IMG/VR virus record: IMGVR_UViG_3300035698_025127
Location: 32,001-96,000 of that record
Length of the DNA stretch: 64,000 nucleotides
DNA from: a virus
Strand: one strand, 5' to 3'
In this document: positions 39,701 through 49,286 of the stretch, in pieces
Layout: each line of letters begins with the position of its first letter
Numbering within the stretch: the stretch's first letter is position 1
Made by a program: the position numbers and the translations under genes
The notes under the pieces: generated by a model
Databases searched by the model: none
What the model was told of the DNA's origin: nothing
What the model saw: only the letters and a program-made list of their open reading frames with translations

Positions 39701-39719
39701 ACATTAAAGGAAGTTAATA

Positions 39720-40091
39720 ATGAAAAAAGAATTATTTGTATTATTAGAGGGACCGAATAAATACATTGCGTCTTCTAGTATGTTTGCAAAACGCGATTTA
39801 TATACAGCGTTTAAAAATGCTGGCATACTAAAAGAAAAATTTGTGAAAGTTGGGTTTTACGGACTTGGGTTTATTGGCCATGTTTCGTATAATGAATTTG
39901 CTCGCGCACACCCGAGGGCAGTAGCTGGAGAAATTAAACGTGATTGGGATAAACTTATTAGTAACTTAGATGATAAGTATCGTATTGTTTCCAGTGACAG
40001 AGAGGTTTATTTTGCTCCCGAAGTGGTATCGTTGCCGCAAGCGCAATGGGAGAAATTTTTTACAGATAGTGATAATTACGTAATAGTATAG
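39720..40091 (+). CDS. Hypothetical protein
   Basis: AAGGA RBS. Confidence 0.7.
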   Translation: MKKELFVLLEGPNKYIASSSMFAKRDLYTAFKNAGILKEKFVKVGFYGLGFIGHVSYNEFARAHPRAVAGEIKRDWDKLISNLDDKYRIVSSDREVYFAPEVVSLPQAQWEKFFTDSDNYVIV

Positions 40092-40098
40092 GTTAATT

Positions 40099-40449
40099 AT
40101 GAAAATAGTAGAAATTACAGCGACCGGGGATGTTGCACAATTTAGTCATAAATTACAGACAAGTCAGGATCCAGAGATTCGTCGCCGCATTAAAAAAGCG
40201 ATTGCATTAATGGATGTAGATATTGATGACGATGATGACGATGAATTACAAGAGAGCAAGAAACATAGTTTAGACGTTTTTCTTATTTCAAATATCGGCG
40301 AAAAAGTTTTAGACGATATTTCTGATGGCGATATCATATTATATAACAAAAAACCGGTTAAAATAAAGAAACTTCTACTTAATTACCTAACAAAGAAAGC
40401 GACATTCGATTTAGCAAACGGTAAATATGCCGTACTTGATATTAAATAA
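40099..40449 (+). CDS. Hypothetical protein with poly-Asp tract
   Basis: 116 aa. Confidence 0.7.
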   Translation: MKIVEITATGDVAQFSHKLQTSQDPEIRRRIKKAIALMDVDIDDDDDDELQESKKHSLDVFLISNIGEKVLDDISDGDIILYNKKPVKIKKLLLNYLTKKATFDLANGKYAVLDIK

Positions 40450-40452
40450 TGT

Positions 40453-40863
40453 ATGGAAACAACAAAGGTTTATTATATTCACTATAGGGATTTCAAAGTT
40501 GACAAGTACCCCGTGATCTATACTTTGTTTTCAAATAACGAAGATACTATGGTACTTAACATTCATTATTTAGTAAAGATATTTAACCCTAACTTTTACA
40601 GACATAAAAACAAAACACTGGAACAAACCGTAGAACAACTGCGAAGATTGCGTAAGCATCCGGCATTGATGCGGTTTTTTCAGTTTATAGAATCAAGAAA
40701 ATTCGATTCTATGAGTTATGAAACCCGCTATAGAATCATATCCAAACAGTGGCCCAAGATTACAAAAGCTACTATCCGTCATTATAAAACAAACAGAATA
40801 AGAGTTTTGTGGTCCGAAGATAAAGATAACTTGGATGTAAAACTCAACGAATATAAATTTTAA
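40453..40863 (+). CDS. Possible DNA end-protector, T4 gp2-like
   Basis: Y......D.YP.I.......LNIHYL and IRHYK.NRI resemble gp2 motifs (D.FPL, GLNLHY, KRYL). Confidence 0.45.
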   Translation: METTKVYYIHYRDFKVDKYPVIYTLFSNNEDTMVLNIHYLVKIFNPNFYRHKNKTLEQTVEQLRRLRKHPALMRFFQFIESRKFDSMSYETRYRIISKQWPKITKATIRHYKTNRIRVLWSEDKDNLDVKLNEYKF

Positions 40864-40877
40864 GGTTTTGATATATA

Positions 40878-43800
40878 ATGGCCAATGAACTTAATATTAA
40901 ATTAGCAATAGAGAACAAAAAGAAATTTACCAAAGAAATTTCAGATACTTATGAGTCTTTGTTTTCTAATGCAATGCAAAAATCAGTCAAAAAAATCAGA
41001 ACTGATACAACATGGCTTAAAGGTAAACCGACAAAAGTAGATATTTTTGAGCATGTTGAACTTAAACCATCTAAGAAAATGGCCGGTCAGCTTAATGAAA
41101 TTTTAAAAGGGCAAGCAGTTACTGCATTTGAAGCTAATAAGAAACTATCTAAAGAATATGTGGAGTCTATAACTAAAGATTTAAATTTGGCAAATAAGTC
41201 TATTTTTAAAGACAATAAATCAATGCAGGGTATGTTGCTTGCACAGGCACAAAAATCAAAAATATCAATTGAAAAACTACAAAATGAATATCTTACTAGC
41301 TTAAAAACTATGTATACAAAAGGCACACAAGATGATATATTATATGCTGAAACTGCATGGCAAACATATAATTTGTTGCTTGAAAGGGCAGAACAAAAAA
41401 TACAGGAATTTGAAGCTTCAGGGGAAACAAGGGAAACACAAGAAGAAATTATAGAGAAAAGTTTCTTTTCGAAGCGCAGAGCGGCTGTTATTGAGCAAAG
41501 TATGGATATATATAATTCCAAAATTGTGTCATGGGGTAAGAATTTAGTGCAGGCCTATTTATCATGGGAAGCCATTAAAGGTTCTATTGTTGACGTTGCA
41601 AACATACAATCGAAATTAACAATTCAGGCTATTGCTGCTAATAAGCCCATTAGTGAATTATATGACAATGTTGAGAGTATCGCCCAAGCTACATTGGATT
41701 ATGATGCATCTGCAACTCTTGTGGGTGTTTTTGCAAATGAAGGCCCAAAAGCAAGTATGGCACTTGATTTAATTGGGACGCAATTAGGACAACTTTCATT
41801 TTTAGGGACGGAGATTAGAGATGACGTTGCCGGTGGAATCGGGGCGATTGTAAGCCTGTCAAAAGACGGCGGCGCATCCTTGGGTGATTTTGCCGATTCC
41901 ATTTTGAGCATTGCAAACACAGAAACGCGCTCTCAGATATTCTCGAACCTTATAAATACTTCCAAAACAATGGGTAAACAGGGCGTTACATGGCTAAAGA
42001 GAGCTGGGCGTGGATTCTCACAGCTTGAAAAAGTAATGACTGGTGTTGGTATTTCGTCCGGTGCAATTCGATCTATCTTTTCGGATATTGAGAAAATCAA
42101 AATACTTGATCCGACTTCTCCAATGGGGCAACTTATTATGCGTTTTGGAGGCCGGGAGTCTATCTTTGAGATCAAGAAAGGTAATATTAAACCGGCATTT
42201 GACGCAATGACAAAATTTGCGCAACAATATCGTTCAGCGTTTACGATGGATACACCAGCAGCCATTTTACAACGAGAGCAACTTGCCGAAATGTTTGATT
42301 TGACGCCAGACATTATGGAAGCAATTTCTCAGCTTGCAAATACCGGTAGTTCTGCTTTGACAAAACAGCTTAAACTAGCAGAAGCACAACGTAAAGGTGG
42401 TAAAGAACTAGAAAACATTTATATGGAATATGCTAAGACTGACCCAACTTATGGATTAAAGTTATTTGCCCTTAAATTAGATGACATGCTAAAGAGTTTT
42501 GGCAAAGAAATAGTCCCCTATATTCCTGGCATTATGAAAGTTATGAATGAAACGTTTACTCAACAGAATATGAAAGATGTTGCAAAATCACTTGCAACGT
42601 TTGCAACTGTTGGTGTTCCTCTTATTGTTGGGGCTCTTAAAGGCGTCGGCGCTTTGTTTGGTGGCCTAGACTTTATAACTGGTGGTGGCGGGAATGCTAT
42701 TATGGGCGGACTTAAAACACTTATCGGCATTAAAATTGCAGGGCTTTTCAAATGGATTTTCGGTAAAAAGTTATTAATGAAAGTTCTTAAAGGTGCAACA
42801 GCAAAGACAGCGGTCGCATTTTCTGGCTTATTTACCGGACTTTCGCGCGCATGGGATGCGACAATGAAAAGCGGAAGCATGTTACATTCTATAATGGCCT
42901 TTGGTGGTGGATTTATTGAGGGGATGTTTAAGTTCTTTTCGACTATCCCAACAATGTTATTTGACGCTTTATTTGATACTAATATTACTGGGTTTGTTGA
43001 TAATATGTTTGACAATATGCACAAATCCATTGACGTTATTTTCCGGGATGGCATATTCGGGTTCTTCCAAGACTTGTGGCGAATTGTACGCGGCAAAGTT
43101 ACGGAAATGGCCGATACGGCATGGAGTATTGCCAAAGCCGGTGGCGACGTATTGGCAGTATTGGGTGCAGCAGGCGCTCCTATGGGCCATAAGGTTGCCG
43201 GGCGCGAAAGGAAACGCAAGAAGACGTCGAAAAGAGCCCAAGACCCTCTAATTGTCGGGATGGCAATTGGTGGAGCCCTTGCAGTGAAAGAATCTAAAGG
43301 TGCCAAAGGAATGCGGGGATATGAGCATTTAGGCATAAAAAACAAAAAAGGCATAAATGTCAACCTTACAAAATCTTTTGGTGACGATTTACAAAGCGCA
43401 CTTGATGGAGTGCCGCTAAGCATTAAAGACCAATTACAAATAAATTATGCTTCAAGAAGTGGCGCTACACAAATAAAATTGTTTAATGCAGCTCTTGAAA
43501 AGGAAGGCTATCCTGCATATGGCAAACCGGGTTCACCTAAACATGCAGTTGGTGGAGTAGCGTTCCCGGGCACAAGTCGCCATGAAAAAGGTTTGGCTGT
43601 TGATATAGGCGGTATAGGTAGTTTGAGCCCGGAAGATAGAAGGGTACTATTATTAGAACTAAAAAGATATGGTCTTGGCCGCGGGCAAGGCCTTGGTATT
43701 GAAAAGCATCATATCGAACGTATTAAGGGTGGAGCTGAAGCATCATATTTAAGATCAGCACAAAATTCATCTAGGATGACCACACCAGCATCTATGCCAG

Positions 43801-43982
43801 TTGCTAGCAATCAGTCAACTTCTAATGCTAGTATGCAATCAACAAATGAATTGCGCGGACAACTAAATCGCGTTGTTAATTTATTAGCAAGTATTGATAA
43901 TACTTCTACAGATGCAAACAAAGATAATAAAATAGCTAATGCTTTAACATCGGCTAATATCGAATTAACAAAGTTAGTATAA
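40878..43982 (+). CDS. Tape measure-like protein with C-terminal M15 peptidase domain
   Basis: Long helical Ala/Gly-rich protein with hydrophobic mid segment; A.PGTSRHEKGLAVDIG...EKHHIE; precedes baseplate genes. Confidence 0.75.
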   Translation: MANELNIKLAIENKKKFTKEISDTYESLFSNAMQKSVKKIRTDTTWLKGKPTKVDIFEHVELKPSKKMAGQLNEILKGQAVTAFEANKKLSKEYVESITKDLNLANKSIFKDNKSMQGMLLAQAQKSKISIEKLQNEYLTSLKTMYTKGTQDDILYAETAWQTYNLLLERAEQKIQEFEASGETRETQEEIIEKSFFSKRRAAVIEQSMDIYNSKIVSWGKNLVQAYLSWEAIKGSIVDVANIQSKLTIQAIAANKPISELYDNVESIAQATLDYDASATLVGVFANEGPKASMALDLIGTQLGQLSFLGTEIRDDVAGGIGAIVSLSKDGGASLGDFADSILSIANTETRSQIFSNLINTSKTMGKQGVTWLKRAGRGFSQLEKVMTGVGISSGAIRSIFSDIEKIKILDPTSPMGQLIMRFGGRESIFEIKKGNIKPAFDAMTKFAQQYRSAFTMDTPAAILQREQLAEMFDLTPDIMEAISQLANTGSSALTKQLKLAEAQRKGGKELENIYMEYAKTDPTYGLKLFALKLDDMLKSFGKEIVPYIPGIMKVMNETFTQQNMKDVAKSLATFATVGVPLIVGALKGVGALFGGLDFITGGGGNAIMGGLKTLIGIKIAGLFKWIFGKKLLMKVLKGATAKTAVAFSGLFTGLSRAWDATMKSGSMLHSIMAFGGGFIEGMFKFFSTIPTMLFDALFDTNITGFVDNMFDNMHKSIDVIFRDGIFGFFQDLWRIVRGKVTEMADTAWSIAKAGGDVLAVLGAAGAPMGHKVAGRERKRKKTSKRAQDPLIVGMAIGGALAVKESKGAKGMRGYEHLGIKNKKGINVNLTKSFGDDLQSALDGVPLSIKDQLQINYASRSGATQIKLFNAALEKEGYPAYGKPGSPKHAVGGVAFPGTSRHEKGLAVDIGGIGSLSPEDRRVLLLELKRYGLGRGQGLGIEKHHIERIKGGAEASYLRSAQNSSRMTTPASMPVASNQSTSNASMQSTNELRGQLNRVVNLLASIDNTSTDANKDNKIANALTSANIELTKLV

Positions 43983-43992
43983 GGTAAACATA

Positions 43993-44742
43993 ATGCCTAG
44001 TTATAGAAATTCAGTTAGAGGGTTTATACTACCGATAAGAAACTTCTCGGAAATAGGAGTAAGTAAAATAGCACCTATCTTTTTCCAATCAAATCCACAA
44101 ATAACAGATTCAAAATCTGCTAGTTATGGTGGTGACACCCCAATGGGTAGAGCAGAAGGATTCTTAAATTATTCTAGTAGTACAAATAGATCGTTTAGCC
44201 TTACATTACAATATACGGCAGTAAGTTCCGAATATGATACATTATGGGTAGCTCAACAAGTTTCACGAATAAAAGCACTCGTATACCCTATATATAGTCG
44301 TAGCAATAGAACAGCAAAAGAAACTTTTGCGACTCCGCCGATGATTCTTTTGAATTATGGTCTGCAATATGTAAATATTCCCTGCAAAGTTTTAGATTAT
44401 AGTAGCAATATTGAAGATGGCACCCCTATTGATTCCCGTACAATGTTACCATATGTTACTACAATAACTATCAATTTACAGACGTCGTATCCATATGGAT
44501 ACGTGCCTGGACATGATGACATTGCAACTAAATTTTCAAGTGATGATCCTAATGGCGACCGTGGCGATTCAATATTGCCATCTATCGGAGTACCTAACAT
44601 TGAAAATAGTAGATATGAAAAGGAAAGTCCATTTCCTAGAGGTATTAGCGCGGATAGACAAAACATAGCTGCACGATATAATGGTACAAATGCAACCGTG
44701 GCAAAGACTCGCCCACTCGGGTCTTTAAAGTGGGGTAATTAA
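43993..44742 (+). CDS. Baseplate/tail-tube initiator-like protein
   Basis: FQ.NP..ITDSKSASY.....GR.E....YS.S.NRSFSL.L, L.ALVYP.Y, PP...L.YG; tube-fold pattern; synteny. Confidence 0.65.
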   Translation: MPSYRNSVRGFILPIRNFSEIGVSKIAPIFFQSNPQITDSKSASYGGDTPMGRAEGFLNYSSSTNRSFSLTLQYTAVSSEYDTLWVAQQVSRIKALVYPIYSRSNRTAKETFATPPMILLNYGLQYVNIPCKVLDYSSNIEDGTPIDSRTMLPYVTTITINLQTSYPYGYVPGHDDIATKFSSDDPNGDRGDSILPSIGVPNIENSRYEKESPFPRGISADRQNIAARYNGTNATVAKTRPLGSLKWGN

Positions 44743-44743
44743 T

Positions 44744-45043
44744 ATGCCTTTTTCACAAAACTCAAAGTATACCAGGAATAGTGTTAAGTATATTGATAAT
44801 AACAATAAATTGCAAGTCTGGTACAATAGGCCAACTATTGAACAGCATAGTACTGATGAAGTTATTATGGTAGAAGCTGGTGAGCTTATGAGGCCGGACA
44901 AAATAGCTAATAGAATGTACGGAAAACCCAACTTATCTTGGGTAATTATTCTGACAAACCAAATTTTCGATATTAGAGAATTTTATGTTGGACGTCAATT
45001 GCGTATTCCCAAACTGGAAAGGATTCAGGGATTTATATTATAA
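44744..45043 (+). CDS. Baseplate wedge protein, gp53/LysM-like
   Basis: RPDKIANRMYG.P.L.WVII..N........G..LRIP. Confidence 0.8.
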   Translation: MPFSQNSKYTRNSVKYIDNNNKLQVWYNRPTIEQHSTDEVIMVEAGELMRPDKIANRMYGKPNLSWVIILTNQIFDIREFYVGRQLRIPKLERIQGFIL

Positions 45044-45078
45044 GCATCTAACCCTTCCAATACGAGATTAATTAAAAC

Positions 45079-45107
45079 TTGACATAAAAGCCAAAGTGTG
45101 GTATAGT
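45079..45107 (+). promoter_or_regulatory. Sigma70-type early promoter
   Basis: TTGACA-17 nt-TATAGT, extended TG. Confidence 0.85.
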
Positions 45108-45145
45108 ATTCGTGAATGAACAAACCTTTTCACGGAGTACAGTAT

Positions 45146-46051
45146 ATGAGAACAGTTATTTTCCACCATGGCGACCTTGACGGCTATGCTTCCGTCTGGG
45201 CATATTGTAAAATTACATGCACACCACGAACCGATATTATAGCAATTCCGGTAAATTATGGAGATACCGATTGGAAGAACTACGACATGGAATCACTTAA
45301 AAACAAAAAAGTTTTTATGTTTGATTTTTCGGTATCTAAAGAAGTAATTAGTGAAATTGAAAAGGTTGCGGAATCTTTTCTTCTTATTGACCACCATCAA
45401 AGTGCAGTAGAGCTACTTGGTGGCCTTCCCAATTGTCATATTGATACAAATTTCTGTGGTGCTGTAAACGTATGGCGCTATTATTCCAAAACAGAAATCC
45501 CCCCATTCCTGCAATATGTCCAAAAATTAGACCTTTGGCAATTTACCAATAGGCAAGAAGAATATATTTGTATGGGTTTATCCCAGATTGATCTTCGCTA
45601 TGATGCTATTAATGAAATTGCGGAAAATTTTTACAAGTTTTCATATCAACAAGATACTATTGCAAAATATCTTGCAAAAATAGGTGAAATGAAATACAGC
45701 AATGTACATAGGAGGGCCAAAAACACACTCAGGAATGGCCCGGCGTTCTATCTTGCTAGTACGGGTAGCATTTCCTTTAAAAAATACCACGAGGACGATA
45801 TTCCGATGTTTAATATTCGTGATATTTTGTGGGCAAGTTCGGCGCTTTTCAAATATTCAGATTATAACCAAGTAGGATCTTTTATAATGAAAAATGACAT
45901 TGTTTTGTTTTCCCTAAGAGGTATTGAAGGACACGAAGTGCTTCCGATTGCCAAAAAAATGAACGGTGGTGGACATCCAATGGCGTGTGGGTTTGAAATG
46001 TCTATTTCTGAATTTATTATTAGTGTGAACGAAGCTTGTCGTGAATACTAA
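45146..46051 (+). CDS. DHH/DHHA1 phosphoesterase
   Basis: H.DLDG, DFS, IDHHQS, FSLR, GGGHPMACGF. Confidence 0.9.
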   Translation: MRTVIFHHGDLDGYASVWAYCKITCTPRTDIIAIPVNYGDTDWKNYDMESLKNKKVFMFDFSVSKEVISEIEKVAESFLLIDHHQSAVELLGGLPNCHIDTNFCGAVNVWRYYSKTEIPPFLQYVQKLDLWQFTNRQEEYICMGLSQIDLRYDAINEIAENFYKFSYQQDTIAKYLAKIGEMKYSNVHRRAKNTLRNGPAFYLASTGSISFKKYHEDDIPMFNIRDILWASSALFKYSDYNQVGSFIMKNDIVLFSLRGIEGHEVLPIAKKMNGGGHPMACGFEMSISEFIISVNEACREY

Positions 46052-46292
46052 AAACTACGGAATTGACAATATTAAACATGTAGGCCATTATTACCATGAT
46101 CATTATATTGTTATTCTAGATGATATAGGAGAGCAAGAGCAAAATCTTGAAATTGAACCCGGAATGCTTGCCGTTATTACGACGGATGGAGATAGGATTA
46201 TGTCGGAAATTCTCGACATTGAAACATTTTGCGGAACGTTTCAGGACAAACATGATGACCAATTTAGAATCTACTTTTTCGGAAAGGCATAA
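46041..46292 (+). CDS. Hypothetical protein
   Basis: 83-aa overlapping ORF (GTG). Confidence 0.55.
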   Translation: MNTKNYGIDNIKHVGHYYHDHYIVILDDIGEQEQNLEIEPGMLAVITTDGDRIMSEILDIETFCGTFQDKHDDQFRIYFFGKA

Positions 46293-46296
46293 TGAA

Positions 46297-46752
46297 ATGT
46301 ATTCATGTGATAGTAACCATCAAAAGCGTATTATGATTGTTAGGGCGATTAACCAGGCAATTGTCCCATTTAACGTTCATAATAGAAATCAAATAGCAAT
46401 GCCTTTGCTATATGTTTATACACGATTTAATCGTGATTTTGAAGAAATTTATCCTGATTTTATATATAACAAGTGTAATGTTGTTAGTCAAAAAGCAACA
46501 GATGATATAAATAAGTCTGTACTGTCAACTACTACAATGTATACAAAATATACAAAAGATATTATGAAAATAAAACATTTTTGTGCTGATACTGGCATAG
46601 GGATGACAACATTATCGCAAGTATTATTTCAACTAGAAGCATCAAGAAAATCGCCTATTTTAGACAATATGTTACCAGAAGACAATGATAAAGTATTACT
46701 ATTTTTATGGGACATGGAATATAAACGTCCTGCTACACAAACCATTAACTAA
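46297..46752 (+). CDS. Hypothetical protein
   Basis: ORF, likely ATG at 46297. Confidence 0.6.
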   Translation: MYSCDSNHQKRIMIVRAINQAIVPFNVHNRNQIAMPLLYVYTRFNRDFEEIYPDFIYNKCNVVSQKATDDINKSVLSTTTMYTKYTKDIMKIKHFCADTGIGMTTLSQVLFQLEASRKSPILDNMLPEDNDKVLLFLWDMEYKRPATQTIN

Positions 46753-46769
46753 CAAAGGAACAAAACGAA

Positions 46770-47309
46770 ATGATCTACAACATGGACAGATTATATGCCG
46801 GGCTACATTATTGTGGGGAAATTCGCGGCATTTTCAGGCTTTACAATACTTTTTATTTAGCAAAACACTTGACCGGTTATCCACTTGTTTATGAATGGAT
46901 TCCAAGTAGCCGTGGTGCAAGTAATGGCCCGTCAAGCTATTATCTTGGAAACGATATTATTTTCTTGATTAGGCGCGGCTTTGTCAGTCAAGATATTTTG
47001 TCAGACCGTTCTGTGTCATTTAAAGCCATTAATAACGAATATTTCAAAAAATCCAAAGACATTGAAAAGGAAACGGCATATTACAAGAAATTTTTTAAAA
47101 TTATTAGTGGTATGGACTGGCAAGTTGTAGCACTGGCAGCAGCTTATATTGCAGAACGTAATAAGCCGGACAACGATCTTGCACTGGTTAATAGTATTGT
47201 GGCCGAACGTAAACGTAGTATTTATACGACTGAAAGGATTGTCCAGGCAATTAACTTTATTAGTGAGATAGAAACAAAATCTATCTATGCAAAACCCGAA
47301 GATAAATAG
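46770..47309 (+). CDS. YwgA/DUF4065 (Panacea/SocA)-like winged-helix protein
   Basis: EI.G..RL....YL......Y.W......GP.S..L..DI..L...GFV pattern. Confidence 0.45.
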   Translation: MIYNMDRLYAGLHYCGEIRGIFRLYNTFYLAKHLTGYPLVYEWIPSSRGASNGPSSYYLGNDIIFLIRRGFVSQDILSDRSVSFKAINNEYFKKSKDIEKETAYYKKFFKIISGMDWQVVALAAAYIAERNKPDNDLALVNSIVAERKRSIYTTERIVQAINFISEIETKSIYAKPEDK

Positions 47310-47318
47310 AGGAACAAA

Positions 47319-47906
47319 ATGCAGGATTTTAGTCGCTATATAACACCAACAATGGCGGGGTATTACCATGAAAGAACAGCACGGCATATTAATCTTGTAA
47401 AGCAAAATGGATATAACGTTATCAAACATTTGCCAATGAATATGAAAATGAAAAACGAATTGGCGGCAAATTTGCAAAAACACGATATGTCAAAATTTGA
47501 AGATCCGGAAAAAACACCATACATCTTGATTACATGGCGATACCATGTTTTAGAGGACGAATTTAGACGTTTGAATCTTACAAAAGAAATATTAGCAGAT
47601 ATGTCTGATATTACAGAATATCATGTTAAAAATAACAAACATCACCCTGATTATTGGGATGACACTATAACAAGTAATTTTCTAAACCCTAAAGATAGAG
47701 ATGCGCCGGGTGAAAAAGTTATCAATGCAACAAAAATGCCACTTGTAAGCATTATCGAAATGGTTTGTGATTGGTTTGCAGTTGGTCAGGAACGTGGAAA
47801 TACCGCAAGAGAATGGGCTGGCCGTAGTATCGGAATACGCTGGGCATTTACAGAGCCACAAAAAATCTTTATTTACAATATAATTGACATTTTGGAAAAT
47901 ATCTAA
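47319..47906 (+). CDS. DUF5662 (HD-like) protein
   Basis: RHI..V, HDMSKF..PE, H...NKHHPDYW, MP...IIEMVCDW.A. Confidence 0.8.
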   Translation: MQDFSRYITPTMAGYYHERTARHINLVKQNGYNVIKHLPMNMKMKNELAANLQKHDMSKFEDPEKTPYILITWRYHVLEDEFRRLNLTKEILADMSDITEYHVKNNKHHPDYWDDTITSNFLNPKDRDAPGEKVINATKMPLVSIIEMVCDWFAVGQERGNTAREWAGRSIGIRWAFTEPQKIFIYNIIDILENI

Positions 47907-48238
47907 TGAAAAAGATACAATTATATGACAAATTAGATATCCTTTTCTATAATGATGGCATTCAGATTTTTATGGCCACAGAATTTACAAATAGAAGGTT
48001 TCTTGGTGTTTTGATAGATTCTGGCGGCAAAGATAATACTTATTTGATTATGGAACCTGACATTATTGCTTTTAATGAATTTTTAGCAAGTAAAAGAGAC
48101 TTATTAAGTTTAATGATGGGTTCATCTATGCATCAGGCAACTATAAATACCGATAAAAAACATTTTTGCTTACATACTACCTACAAGAAGATAAATAAGA
48201 AACTGTTGCCGGAGAAAGGGCAAACAAAATGGAACTAG
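47906..48238 (+). CDS. Hypothetical protein
   Basis: TAATG coupling. Confidence 0.65.
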   Translation: MKKIQLYDKLDILFYNDGIQIFMATEFTNRRFLGVLIDSGGKDNTYLIMEPDIIAFNEFLASKRDLLSLMMGSSMHQATINTDKKHFCLHTTYKKINKKLLPEKGQTKWN

Positions 48239-48633
48239 AGAACTTAGTAACCGATATAACGGAAGCTAAGAAGTATGCAAAACCTGCAAACTTTATGCCA
48301 CCGTTAAAAAAAACAGCAGCAACTTATTCGGAGATTTTAGCAAGTGCCTCCAAAGCCGCTGCACTGGAATATGCAAAAACAAAAATAAACCCTAAAGTAT
48401 ATTGTGCAGTCTTGCTAAACTATGGCATTGGCGCTAAAGTAACAATTGGGAAACTTGCAGACGATGTTAATTTTATTTCACACCTCCAATTGGAGGTATT
48501 AGGAAGAGAATATGACGTCCGTCCTGTTGATTCAATGACTATTTATGTTGGGTATCCATCTGCTTCTATTGGTAGAATCCCGGATATGATTCTCAAAGAA
48601 ATTCTAAACGCCCCGATATGGCAACTTGTATAA
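48229..48633 (+). CDS. Hypothetical protein
   Basis: 134 aa. Confidence 0.7.
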   Translation: MELENLVTDITEAKKYAKPANFMPPLKKTAATYSEILASASKAAALEYAKTKINPKVYCAVLLNYGIGAKVTIGKLADDVNFISHLQLEVLGREYDVRPVDSMTIYVGYPSASIGRIPDMILKEILNAPIWQLV

Positions 48634-48642
48634 GGATTAAAT

Positions 48643-49278
48643 ATGTTTTTTACAAAGTTATTTTTCAAATTTAAGCATTGGTTTTTTCGCGCATGGACAC
48701 TAGACTATCAAGCACGGGAAAGGGATTATTTCGGTACACCACACTGGCATTCATTAAGTCCGAGTTCTGCAAATATTATTATGTCAAAAATAAAATGGAC
48801 AAAAGACGGATTTAAGGAATTGTGGGATGCATCCCACCATCCATACTATTCCGATTATATTATTAATTCCATTTTGTTTACCCAAAATGTTGATATCGAA
48901 GCTGCAATCAAAATTGCAAAAAAAAGTTCATCTGAATTTTCGACTATGATGCAGCCAGTAAAAACCGGAGTCGGACAACCGGAAGGCTCATTTGATTGTG
49001 ACGATTATGCTCTTTGGGCAGCAACGGCAATTCATTCACGCTATAAACCTATTGTCCTGTCCGTATTTTTCAAAACAGGCTGGTGGCCATGGCAAATTGG
49101 CGGACATGCTGTATGCATATATACATACAATAAGAAATTCTATCACATTGGAAATTGGGGGAAGTCTAAGGGCTATAAAACTGCAAAAGCACTAATTGAC
49201 GATATTGTTAGCAAAACTGGCAATAAAAAATTAGTGGCGACGTATACCTATAAAATTAGCGACATTACAAACGATTAA
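48643..49278 (+). CDS. Transglutaminase/papain-like Cys-His protein
   Basis: FDCDDYA and GHAVCIY motifs. Confidence 0.6.
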   Translation: MFFTKLFFKFKHWFFRAWTLDYQARERDYFGTPHWHSLSPSSANIIMSKIKWTKDGFKELWDASHHPYYSDYIINSILFTQNVDIEAAIKIAKKSSSEFSTMMQPVKTGVGQPEGSFDCDDYALWAATAIHSRYKPIVLSVFFKTGWWPWQIGGHAVCIYTYNKKFYHIGNWGKSKGYKTAKALIDDIVSKTGNKKLVATYTYKISDITND

Positions 49279-49286
49279 GAGGAATC

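Noticed and set aside
42560-43423. Long antisense ORFs (287 aa here; also 55237-55884, 57857-58375, 31721-32173)
   Set aside because: Shadows of well-supported plus-strand genes, with no RBS or motifs.
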